Position numbers and translations under genes: made by a program. From positions 1-64,000 of the forward strand of contig JAVECL010000028.1 of NCBI GenBank assembly GCA_051942245.1: 64,000 nt of DNA, in the 5' to 3' direction. The first letter of the stretch is position 1. Each line of letters opens with the position of its first letter. Positions 11,151 to 21,662 of this stretch are shown piece by piece. The notes beneath the pieces are model-generated. The model had not been told where the DNA came from. It ran no database searches and saw nothing but the letters and a program-made list of their open reading frames with translations. This DNA is from Trypethelium eluteriae. Its lineage: Eukaryota.

Positions 11151-12658
11151 TCACGAATGGAACAAATCCCAAGCCTGAGCACAGAGCGACATGAATTCCT
11201 CCTTTTTCCTTCTTTGGGTGTCCGGGCTATCACGTCCTTCACCAAACGGGCCTACCCTTCTCTCCTGTCTGCCAAGGGGTGGACTACCATTATCTCTTTC
11301 ATACTCATCCCGAGTACGCCTTCGGGCACTCTCGCCAACTTTAGATCGGCCTTCGATTTGAGAATGACTATATCTGTCGTGGTCACGGTGCGTCTCGACG
11401 ATACGAGCGTGCGGTTTCGGTAGGTTGGCATCTCGAGATGCAGATGGCAAGGGCGAAGGCGGCGTTGGGGGTTGATGCCCACCATAGTGGACAATCCTTG
11501 GCAGAAGGTCTTCTCGCCCGCCAGTCATGCTCTGGACTGCTTCTTCGGCTGATTTGTATTCTCGCGGCCGTGATGTTGGAGGCTGCTGTGTTTGCTGACC
11601 AGGCGCTTGAGGTGGGAAGCCCGGTGAAGAGACGAGTGCAGGGCCTTGATTGGAGTGAGAAGAATGGCCAGGTGATGAGGTGGTGTGTGGATGTGCAGTG
11701 CGAGGCGCTGCGAGATTATCTCCGGCGAAGACGTCTGCAATTGGGGGGAGGCGATTATTTGTTTGATTGGCGGGAACGTGATGGATGTGTGAGGATGATG
11801 CAAGCGTGGAGTTCGGATTCGCTACATGACGGGAGTGAAGAGGATGGCCAGGTTTGCGCAGGCCGGTGAACGATTGATTGAGTGGTGCTGATTGAATGAC
11901 GCGCTCGTTCGCAAAGGCTGCATGGTGTGGAGCGTTGATCGAGAGCCCAGGCGGTGGACCTTTCCGTCGAGAAGTACCGGGCCCTTTGGAGTTGCTGAAT
12001 GACGGGTTCTTTCCCGAGGATGTCTCACCGTTGCTTTCTGGAGGAACCTTGCCGCCTTTCTGTCTGGCCTCGATAATCTGCCTCTGTTGTTCACGCACGT
12101 CGAGGCTGCGCTGCAACTGCTCGCGCATCGCTGGGTCCTGAGTTTGAAATCCCGGAGAAAGGCAGGCGATGCCGAGTTCATGTGTTCCGAGCCCTGCGCT
12201 CTCCTTTGACGAAGTCAACGGCGCCGATGGCCGTCCAGCGCGTGAAGCGTGAGGGTCGGCCATCCCCTTGGAGAGATCGAGGTTTTGCGGTCGACGACGA
12301 GGTGTTGCCAGCTCCGGTGAGGGCTCCTTCTTTACCTTGATGATTGGCGCCCCATTGCGGACACTGCAGCAATTTGTGTAAGTATGCGACATGCGTGCGA
12401 CCGCGGGTTCAATGGAGGGACGGCTTACTTTGTGGGCGAGAGCATCTCTTCGCGGGGGCTATTTCGTCTGGATTTCTCCGCGCTGGGTGGTGATGGTTGT
12501 GAGGCCATGCCTTGGGTCAGCCTCTCAGCCGAGCGGACACTCGACGGGGCGGAGGCGGCACTGGACGAAGAGGGTGCGATCGCAGTGTAGGACCGCGACG
12601 CTGGCATCGAAGAAGGTTCGAGCGAAGTGGCCGGTGCAGGGGCGACAGCAGTCGTCAT
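11151..12658 (-). CDS. Low-complexity protein of unknown function with conserved-looking short motifs
   Basis: Two exons separated by an intron at ~12365-12428 (GTAAGC..CAG). Motifs IACLSPGF, IQSAPLNQSFTG, REDLLPRIVHYGGHQPPTPPSP and a C-terminal helix KEEFMSLCAQAWDLFHS. Confidence 0.8.
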
Positions 12659-12983
12659 GATCTCCCCTTCGTCTTCTCCCTCGGCGGTTAGGCGGTCGCT
12701 TCAGCGTGCTGAGGAGAGGGTCCAGGTGCACGGCAGAATCGTTCGCCTGCGGCTCAATAAAGAGTCGCAGGAGTGCGGCGCTCGGCGCTACCGCGAAAAT
12801 AAATACACAGCGCAAGGGCCTGTTGTACCAAGGACTGGTTCGGTGGCACGCGACGAGGACGAGCAGCAAGCAAGAGGCACGAACAAGCCGGACTGGATGA
12901 GTGCAGATGGACGCAATGCAACGCCGTGGATGAAAGGGAGAGGGAGAGCGAGAGGGAGAGGAGGGACAGCCGGCGGCAAGTGG

Positions 12984-13026
12984 ACAGCAGCACCAGCACC
13001 AGCAACAGCAACAGCACCAGACAGCA
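12984..13026. repeat. CAG/CAC-rich microsatellite upstream of the unknown-function gene
   Basis: Imperfect (CAGCAC/CAGCAA)n run: cagcagcaccagcaccagcaacagcaacagcaccag. Confidence 0.6.
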
Positions 13027-15486
13027 AGGCAGGACAGTCGTGTGTGGCTCGCCGGGAGGGGGGCAGTTTTGAGGGCGGCGGCTGCGTGGCAGGAGAGAGT
13101 GAAGGGGTACGAGTGCAGGATGGGACACGGTAGTTATTTCTGGCAGGCCCGCAGAGGATGAGACAGCACAAAAGCGTCGGTGTGTACGGAACTATTGAAG
13201 CTGTCGACAACTGAACGGGACGGCCAGCTTCAGACGCAAACCATCAACCACGCCTCCCGCCCGCCTGGTCCATGGATAAGCTCGAAGGGGCAACTCGACC
13301 ATGCTGCATCCCTACCACCGCCTCCGACCCCTGCTGCTGGGGGGTGGAGCGCATGGATCATGGCCGATAGATACGGCAGCCCTGTGCAACTCACCCGCCC
13401 AGCAGCGAGCAGGACAGGGACGAGTCTGCGAGCATCACGGAGCACGCAGCCTACGCGCGAGACCCTGCCGTCGCCTTGATCGTTATGGGAGAGCGTGGCA
13501 GCGACCGTGTGCACGCGAATGAGACGGCCACAGGATGGTGGTGGTGATGGCGACGATGTTCAGCGCTGCCGGGCAAAGCAGCCAATGCATGGGCTCTGCG
13601 GTTTTGCTGTCGAATGGCGCGTTTCGCAGGCGCCCACCAATGGATGATGAATGGGTCCAGATCTGAGCACCAGCCGGCCCAGCATTGGTGCGTCATCTAC
13701 TATTGGCACTCAGCACGCTCGCCTGCACCAACATCATCCAACAGATTCCTTATTCTCCATTCCCCCTCTTTTCTCGAAGCCTGTCCAGGACACTGCTCCG
13801 AGACAACGCGCTTCTCCAACAGCAGCGGCAGCCTATCACCGCCCCGGCCACTTGGCAGCTCCGCCCTGCCAAGGGCTGATAAATCTGACACGCGCCGGTC
13901 GGCGGAAGGATGAGAAGAGGGGGGAAAAAAAAAAAGAGGGACCCAAGATTCAAAGACCCACGAACGACCTAAGAGGAGCGGGCACAAGGCGGGCCCGCAG
14001 TTTGAAACGCCCATTAAGCGAATCCACTGACACGCCAACCTAAAATCGCCCAGAGCCCAAGACCTCCTGCCCTTCGAACCACGACCGTCGCATCAGCATG
14101 CTTGACGACACAATTGCCGTTTGACCACAGGTAAGAGGGACGAATCAGCACAAGTCACGGGTCCGAGGCTTAATCAGCCTCAGCCGCCTACACGACCTTC
14201 ACCATTATATTCCTGACCGAGTGCGTTTCTCCAAATGGGCAAAGATGCAGGTCAGATGCCGGTCGAAGCAAGTCCAATCAACCTCTAACTATGTAGCAAA
14301 CGATGGCTTCGGAAGATCTATACGTACAGTACATCGCCAACTATTAGGGGTCCATCAATTGGTATAGACGACCGTAGCCCCGACCAGGTGGAATCCAGAT
14401 CATTACGTGGCGCAGAGTCGCCATCAGTGCTCCCGTCTGTTTCAAACGGACAGTCAGCAAGTGGCCCTTGATAACGGTAATAACCACCGGACCGCAGAGC
14501 TGATTTGTCCCTGCGTACTCCGTACAGTCCATTATCTACCCCAGCAAAAGACCGACCGTAGCTACATATTACCCTTCCTCCCTCATCCCACTTCATGCGT
14601 TGCTTCCGTGATTGAAAAACTATATCCTCTCACAGGACAACTCCTCTCCACGGTTCTTTACATTCGAGAGAAATCAAATACTGAAGTCAATCAAATCTCG
14701 CCAGAGGTTCAAGAACTTATTGCCTTTTGTACTGCTCACAAGTACCTTCCTGTGACTGCGCGAAGAGCGATTGGGAGAGGGGTCTTGTCGTTGAAACGAT
14801 GTTTCACCATAGCAATTGATTGATCCTCACTATTGCCCCTCCGCAATTCTGTGCATGAACCTTCAATCCCTAGAGCATGGATTGTAAATTTATTACATAC
14901 AGTACAATATGTATAAGCTTGTTCTTCCGAGTCAAGACAATCCGACGACACACTAGACATCGCACTAAAGATAAGTATTTCCCAATAGATGCGTGCGGAA
15001 AATCTATTCGGTGTTGCCCCTCGTAATCAATTTCCTTTTGTCTTGTGGCAGGCCTGGGAGCAAACCTTGAAACGCACATTTTCGTGTCAAGGGGCTTCGG
15101 GCATAGCTGGCTTGAGCTTACGAACCAGGTCCTGACACCTTATTCGATAAACTATGCTCGATGCCGGGGGTTCGCTTCAGTAAGCTTGCAAATCACTTCC
15201 CCTTGAACAGAATGCCAATCTTCCATCCCGGAGCAAATCAATTACTAGATTTAGTCGGCTACCTCAGTAACTTCCTTGGGTGGACACCATGGGCGCCCAG
15301 GCAGAAATCACACGCGAACTACCTCATCATGTTTTCAAGTCGTCCATAATCGAAATTCTCTACCTGTTTTCACGGAAGTCATGTTCGGGATATTATTGAG
15401 AGTCAGACGATTGAATTGCTTAGTTAAAAGGAAAAGAAAACCCCTCCAAAGATAGAACATCGCTGGTGCATTAGGTATGTAAATTG

Positions 15487-17112
15487 TCACGAGCTCGAAT
15501 AGCCAGCAAAACCCGTCCTCGAAAATCTTAGCATGTTCGAAAAGTAAACATAAGATGGTCTTTCCGAGCTTCTAGGATCCGTCACTCTTCCCTCCAAGTA
15601 ATTGTAAGTGGGACCAAGAGAATGTCGCTCTCGCTGCGAGTGTGCTGTACTAGAAAAGTTTGGTCTCCGCAAGTTTGGCATGGACTCCCTGTCCCTTCTC
15701 CCCCCAGAAGGAATCTGAAAGTCGTCATCTTCCTCTGCGTCCTTTTCTTGGTATCCCTCTAATCTGGGTATAGTAGTGCCCGTCTTCTCGTTCGTAACAT
15801 TATTTGACGGACTTTTACTTCCACCAAGATCGCTCTGTGGGCTGGTGGTGCTTACATCACTGGACGGTACGGCGTTTCCTTCATCAACAAATATGTCGGA
15901 TAATGGCTCCTCTTTGATGACACCATCATCTTCGGAACGCTGTTCTTCCTCCGTAGGTCCAAGTTTAGTAAGTGCGTCTTTGGATGTATTCGCCCGTTGG
16001 GTACATTCGTCTTCGCCAATGAAGTCACCTCCTCGCCTTTCGATGCACTCGTCGAGCGGTTTGTTCGTTCTGGTATCCTCTGTTTTCGCCGGAGTGACCG
16101 TAGCTTTCGTTTCATCCACTCCGCATTTGACGACATCGTTCCTGAAAACGGGAGTCTCACCGTTCGTTTCGTTGGAAGATGCTTCGGTGAGTTCGTCCTG
16201 GAAATACTCCTGTTGTGAGAAGGCCACAGTTCCATGTGCAAATAAGGGATCTCGCGATTCTGCCTCTTCCGCCGGAAGCTTTCCATTAACCACTGATCCA
16301 TCACTTTGATCCTTCGCAGCATTGGTTCTGGGAACGCGTGGAGCTGTTTCTGAGTTTTCCCCACGGGCATTTTCATGGACAGCGGCATTGTTGACAACCA
16401 TGTCCTTCACTACAATACTAGGAACGTCATGCGAAGTAGCTTTGTACGTGTGGTCCCTCACAAATTTCTCCGAAAGCGGCGGAAGTGCTTGCGGAATCGC
16501 CTTTCGTGGCATTAAAACCTCGCCATCCTCTGTCGACTTGAGGCCATCGTCCCTGGAATCAAGTCGTCCAATGTCGCTGTCCTGGAAATTTTCACTTTCC
16601 AAAGCATCTTCCCTCGACATATCCTCCGCCTGCGATATGTCGGGTTCCTCGGACAAACAACTCGCATGTTCTCCATTGACGTCGCGACCACTCAAGTCCG
16701 GAGCCTGGGATGACAGATGATCTGACTGTTCAAAGGAAGAGTGATGGGGAGACTTGGGATGGCTAGATCTTCCAAGGTCTGTGCCACCATCCATGACAGG
16801 TAGTGTTTGGACAACAGAGGGTGGCTGAAACATTTCCCTCCTTGGAAACAAAATTTGTGGACTTGTCGAATGTGGCTGCTCGGTTGGCGTCTCCGCTATT
16901 TTGTCGCACAACTCGCCATGTGATACGTCTTCACTGGCTTGCCCCGGTTGAAAGGCACACTTTTCCCCGCGGTCCGGTGTGGTGCATGCTCCAAGCTCGG
17001 TGGGCTGCTTTGATCGGCCCAACTCCAAACTTTGGTCGAATATGTCGACTCCTTTCCCCATGGGCTCATCCCCTTCAAGTACCTCCCCAGACGCGATGCC
17101 TTTGCAGAACCG
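15487..17112 (-). CDS. 541-codon acidic, disordered reading frame in frame with the upstream BTB gene (C-terminal extension or a separate gene from ATG 17061)
   Basis: The frame is open from the codon immediately after the BTB TGA (17115-17113) to the TGA at 15489-15487. It is rich in E/D/S/P/T and has no recognisable domain. Confidence 0.65.
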   Translation of the reverse strand, partial: RFCKGIASGEVLEGDEPMGKGVDIFDQSLELGRSKQPTELGACTTPDRGEKCAFQPGQASEDVSHGELCDKIAETPTEQPHSTSPQILFPRREMFQPPSVVQTLPVMDGGTDLGRSSHPKSPHHSSFEQSDHLSSQAPDLSGRDVNGEHASCLSEEPDISQAEDMSREDALESENFQDSDIGRLDSRDDGLKSTEDGEVLMPRKAIPQALPPLSEKFVRDHTYKATSHDVPSIVVKDMVVNNAAVHENARGENSETAPRVPRTNAAKDQSDGSVVNGKLPAEEAESRDPLFAHGTVAFSQQEYFQDELTEASSNETNGETPVFRNDVVKCGVDETKATVTPAKTEDTRTNKPLDECIERRGGDFIGEDECTQRANTSKDALTKLGPTEEEQRSEDDGVIKEEPLSDIFVDEGNAVPSSDVSTTSPQSDLGGSKSPSNNVTNEKTGTTIPRLEGYQEKDAEEDDDFQIPSGGRRDRESMPNLRRPNFSSTAHSQRERHSLGPTYNYLEGRVTDPRSSERPSYVYFSNMLRFSRTGFAGYSSS

Positions 17113-18038
17113 TCAATCCTCGTCTTCTGTCTTCACACCATTAGGTAATAGCCCTTGTTCGCCCTGAATATCCTCACTGTTCGCAACCTCTTCCTCCGAA
17201 TCCTCGTCGTCCCCATTCACCAATGTGTCATCGATTTCGCCCTTCTTCATCGCTTCTTCGACCTCTCCATCAACTTTCGCTTCGATAGCATCACCCAAAC
17301 CCTGTTTCTTCACGTCTCCCACCACGTCGCCTCTCCTGGCATCGGGGACCTTGGTCTCTTCGATCCTCCATTCCTGCACCATTCTTATGAGATCCACCGC
17401 GAGTTGTCCATTCTTCCGAAGGGCTTTGTCCCAATGCATTGGAATTGGTTGTTCCGCGTCAGGGTCCTTGGTGACCAGCATCCTGGCAGTAGCGCTGACC
17501 AGCATCCTGCGCATGGGCGACTCGGGAGATGTGTTGGCATAAATGTATTGCACGCGACGTAGGCCAGGATATGTGTCGCTCTCCCGATACCAATCTCGAA
17601 CGCGCTCCAGAGTCTCGCCACACAAGGCTTTGACTGCCCACTTCTCCCCCATGAGATACAGCTCGAACAAGCCGCCCAAGTCGGCTTCAGACCTCGGTGT
17701 CGAGATTGAGCCGCCATAAAGCCAGCCTACGAAGGCGGTAAAGGCATCGGCATCATCGTCAGGGAGAGCGAAGGATTTGGATTTGGACGGCGATTTCGAG
17801 GTGGACCGAGGCGTTGAGAATGGTGACGATGACGAATGAAAGATCTTCTGAAAGAATGGACTTCTAGCACAGAGGAGTTTCTCATGGAGAGGAAAGCGAA
17901 TGGATGATGCGCCGACGTAAATGTCAACAAGGGAATGAGAGAGTAGCCTGGCGGAAATGTTAAGCGGAAATCGAAGTGAAATGGTACAGCGTCGTAACAA
18001 ACGTACTCGTGAAGAGGTCGTTCTTGTGAATCTGTCAT
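17113..18038 (-). CDS. BTB/POZ domain protein (288 aa short form)
   Basis: Exon 1 (18038-18007) and an intron at 17948-18006 (GTACGT..TTAAC..CAG) give LVDIYVG...FPLHEKLLCARSPFF...LPDDDADAFTAFVGWLY...LYLMGEKW, a typical fungal BTB fold. Confidence 0.9.
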
Positions 18039-18412
18039 TGTAACCAGACCACTAGCTTGCTTACAATGGCGTGGGACAGCTGCAGTTCCGTGTCTTTCTC
18101 TGCCTCAAGATAAGTATGCGGGCGTGTGAGTAGCGTAGTCGCGTTGAAGAGCAGTGTAGGAGCGGGTTGTAAGACCAAGTACCACAGCAATGGTGCCGTT
18201 GCGAATCGTGGTCACCGCGATTGAAAGTGATCCTCGTGATTAAAAGCGAAGATTGAAAGAGATATTTCTGTTGATGGTGGGAAAATGAGAACTCGGCAGA
18301 AGAAGAAGTTTTGATCGCGTCTTGAAAGTGGATGGCTGGCGTTATGGGGCGGCAGGAGGCTGGTGTGTGCTCGCATCATCGTGGCAGACGGCGTTGATAG
18401 GGCCAGGGCTTA

Positions 18413-18448
18413 CCTAGAGCATGGGCCTAGAGCATGGGCCTAGAGCAT
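18413..18448. repeat. 13-bp tandem repeat (CCTAGAGCATGGG) x~2.8
   Basis: cctagagcatgggcctagagcatgggcctagagcat, in the divergent intergenic region. Confidence 0.8.
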
Positions 18449-18860
18449 CCGCCTGCGTCATTGTGCAGTCGTCGCCGGGAGATCCACACGAAGGCAATCT
18501 CTGCGGTATCTGTGTGTCTACATCGAAATCATCCTCGTGGCTTCGCGTCGATCATCCTGTCAAAGAAAATTATACCGCTTGAATCGGGTTTACTCCGCTA
18601 AGATAGGTCAAGGTTTATTGAAAGCATGCCAAGATGCTCGCCCTTTTCGGCAATGTCCGCGCGGCAACATGTAATTAGCTCTGTCACCGTAGGACGGTGG
18701 TCGAGCAGCTCTGTACTAGGTTGAGCCACAAGCTATAAGGCAGCATTATTCGCCTTCAGGTTATTTCCCCCCTTCTCCAGAACTCTACCGTGATCATCTT
18801 CTCATCGTCTCCTCATCGTCTTCGGTCAACTGTCAACCCAACCGAACGTCCTTATTCATC

Positions 18861-19225
18861 ATGGCTCCAACTCAAGATGGTTCCAGTACGAAATCCCCTT
18901 CGATGTTCCCGACAATGCCCAGCTTCTAAATTACTGCTCCAGAAAACCCTTTCTCTTCCAGCTATACGGGGCCCTCCAAACCCTCATTACACGTAGCGAA
19001 TAACCCTTCAGAGCGCCTCGATACAAAGCACTCCGGGCCTGACCATCGAAAACCGGGTGAGGTAGGAGCGTTTTCTCCCAAACAAGTTTGCGAGCAGTTC
19101 TGTCTACGAGCCTAGCACTGACAATAGGAAAGGAAGACGAAGCTGGCAATAAGATCTTGCGCAAGGGATTCTTGAATAGGCTTGTGCACGGAGAACATGC
19201 TACACCCAATGCAGAGCAAAAGTGA
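18861..19225 (+). CDS. Small hydrophilic 78-aa protein, three exons, not in the ORF track
   Basis: Exons 18861-18885, 18943-19056 and 19128-19225 total 237 nt. Introns are GTACGA..CAG (57 nt) and GTGAGG..CTGAC..TAG (71 nt). A TATA-like CTATAAG lies near 18733 with a pyrimidine-rich leader. Confidence 0.65.
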
Positions 19226-19526
19226 AAGGGCGAGCGTCTAAGAAAAAAATCTGCTGGCGAGCGCAATCAAACAATGTTTCTGCTGAATAGGATTAAGAGG
19301 ACTGGGACGAAAGGATCAAGAGGAGCAATCGATATGATGTCCAGTGCGGTATATGGTCTCCTCGCCTCCGATCCGTAGAGGAGTTTAAAGGAGCAATGAA
19401 TTTGTCTCACGGGCTGGGCCTCGATAGCCGATGATAAAGAACTCCTACTGGAAACTCATGTATGTAGGGATGAAATGGTACCTGATTGCTTGAGAACCAG
19501 CAGCGCTGCTGTGATATCGTTCTCTG

Positions 19527-21662
19527 TTAAACGAGAATCTCCGGGACACCCGCTGCCCTATCTCCTTTGTTTCTTTCTCTGCAAAGCTCGTAAGTCAGTA
19601 TAGTACCATCGAGATATGTGAGCAAAACTCTCCATCTCTGTGTCGATCCCTGGATCGGTCCAACTGCCATTCCCGCTAGGGGAATCGGCGGTCTCTCTCT
19701 GCTCTGTTCTTGCTCTTCAAATGGTATTTTATGGGCAAGTCTGAAGGTGTAGATCTCATGGTTCCGAAGCTGCACAGCTGCACTTTGATCCTCTTGGATT
19801 TGACTACTTTGTCTATGGAGTTTGCGATTTTGGCCGGAGGGGGGCGAATTTCGGGCGTCTCTGCGTCCTCCTAACTTCTGGTTGGGAGAGCAATCCATTA
19901 GGAGAGACTCTTCTGACGGTTTGAATTGCTTCCGTGGCCGAATCTTTAGGCGCATGTTATCCGTTTTCGGTGAATGCCGAGGTGATTGGACGGAATGCTT
20001 AATGAGTTGAATAATTGCAGCACGCCCTTTACCACAACCAACCACCACAATGCCCAGTTCTGGTACTTCATTTACCATATTGAGACGCTCGCACTGAGGG
20101 AAGAAACTAGAAAAAGCGAACGATTCTCTCAGCGGATTGTGGAGAATCTGGATCGGGCAGAAGGGCTGTGGCAATTGTGAAGAGAAGTCAAAGCTCAAGA
20201 CAGGTCCGAGTCCAGCAGCCGTACGATTTGCGATGACTTCCGATGGTTTTTCTGAGTCGCTTTTGTATACGAACCGAGACCGACCAAAAGTAGTATACTC
20301 TGGCTGCAATAAGAACACATCGCGAGTTGAAGTACATAAGACTGGGCAATGAGGGAGCGGACTAAGTTCTCCAGCTCTGCAGTCCGATAAGACGCTCATC
20401 CAGAATTGCGATCTGTCGTTGACGGTCTCGAAGCGAGAAGGTCTATCTCTAACGAATAGACCTAGCGAAGATGAAAAATTCGATGTGACTGGTGGGTACT
20501 CATCGTCGCTCGACTGTGACGTTTCTGGTCCTTGGTACAAATCATCGTCCTCGTTTTCTGTTCCATTCATCGCGTCACCTCCTTCACTGTCGAATACCTC
20601 CGTATCCTCCGCCTCGATTCCCTGCTCTACCCAGGACTCGCGATGTCCGTCTCTTGTATTCACGTCCCAGAACAAATTTGGGATTATCCGAGTCTCTGTT
20701 TCGGCTGTACGAAAGGATCTCTTGTCAAGGAAGAGAACATTCCATCCACCGTGTCTTTCGCTAAACCGGAAATTCCATGGCTCAAAAGATCCGCCGGGTG
20801 ACCTTGTCCTCATCACAAGGTCTTCGACACTGCAGTCGTGCTCAAGATCCCAGATAGTCGTAACTCCAACGATATTAGTGCTCGCCAGATATCGTCCGCG
20901 AGGATCCTCAGGAGTGTTACAGAAGCTGATGTTTGGGATGTTAGAAGGGACTGCGTCAGTTCGGAGGATCTTGCGTCGCCCAATTTCCCGATAGTAGGGA
21001 GAATTAGGGCCTGTGGTACATCCACTCTGACTGTCAAACACAGTATTATGTCCTCCCCACTTTGGGCTTGAGTGGCCGTCTGCGCCAGTAAGAGCGAAGC
21101 TATAGATTGTAATTTCCCTCGTATTGGCGCTCACAGCTATCAATCTCGCCTCTCGATGCACAGCCAGTCCCCATGCACTCATTCCAACGTTTTCGTGCAG
21201 TATTGGTCGTAAATGGACCGGTCTGTGGTCCCATTGGCCGTCACGCTGAATTTTACGTGTACCATTGTCAATCGCGTACTGCACATCTTTGACGTAATAA
21301 GCGACGACATCTCCATCATCACAAGCCACGAGTACGACCTCGTGGTCGCCGAGTCTATCGAGCAGAAGTTGATTTACGGCATGGGGGTAATCGACGCTAT
21401 GATAGCCGGGCAAGCCAGGTGCCGAGATAGGCACTTTGATCTTCATTTTAGGTAATCCAAGTTCTTGAGAGGGGAAGCATGGTTCGAAAACTAGGATTTT
21501 GTCGATTGATGCAATGAAATACAGATTGAACCCATGCGATAACCCCGTCAGGTTGTTCTTCCATTTGAGAATACGAGGTCTGCCGAACTGACTTGGTATT
21601 TTGGATCTTTGACAGCTTTTTGGAATGAGAGACACGCGATGCGCCGGATCCTTTTCCATCAT
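19527..21662 (-). CDS. CRT10-like beta-propeller protein
   Basis: Motifs WKNNLTGLS..FNLYFIA, PHAVNQL...LGDHEVVLVACDDGDV, VGMSAWGLAVHREARLIAVSANT, NIPNISF and ERLNMVNEVPELGIVVVG match the CRT10 family as I recall it. Confidence 0.8.
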   Translation of the reverse strand: MMEKDPAHRVSLIPKSCQRSKIPSQFGRPRILKWKNNLTGLSHGFNLYFIASIDKILVFEPCFPSQELGLPKMKIKVPISAPGLPGYHSVDYPHAVNQLLLDRLGDHEVVLVACDDGDVVAYYVKDVQYAIDNGTRKIQRDGQWDHRPVHLRPILHENVGMSAWGLAVHREARLIAVSANTREITIYSFALTGADGHSSPKWGGHNTVFDSQSGCTTGPNSPYYREIGRRKILRTDAVPSNIPNISFCNTPEDPRGRYLASTNIVGVTTIWDLEHDCSVEDLVMRTRSPGGSFEPWNFRFSERHGGWNVLFLDKRSFRTAETETRIIPNLFWDVNTRDGHRESWVEQGIEAEDTEVFDSEGGDAMNGTENEDDDLYQGPETSQSSDDEYPPVTSNFSSSLGLFVRDRPSRFETVNDRSQFWMSVLSDCRAGELSPLPHCPVLCTSTRDVFLLQPEYTTFGRSRFVYKSDSEKPSEVIANRTAAGLGPVLSFDFSSQLPQPFCPIQILHNPLRESFAFSSFFPQCERLNMVNEVPELGIVVVGCGKGRAAIIQLIKHSVQSPRHSPKTDNMRLKIRPRKQFKPSEESLLMDCSPNQKLGGRRDARNSPPSGQNRKLHRQSSQIQEDQSAAVQLRNHEIYTFRLAHKIPFEEQEQSRERPPIPLAGMAVGPIQGSTQRWRVLLTYLDGTILTYELCRERNKGDRAAGVPEILV

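Noticed and set aside
12627..14043. Many overlapping 60-170-aa ORFs
   Set aside because: This is a GC-rich, microsatellite-containing promoter/leader region. The ORFs have no domain and no coherent exon structure.
14300..15350. Short ORFs that might be a gene relic
   Set aside because: I could not establish a recognisable homology or a consistent splice model by eye.
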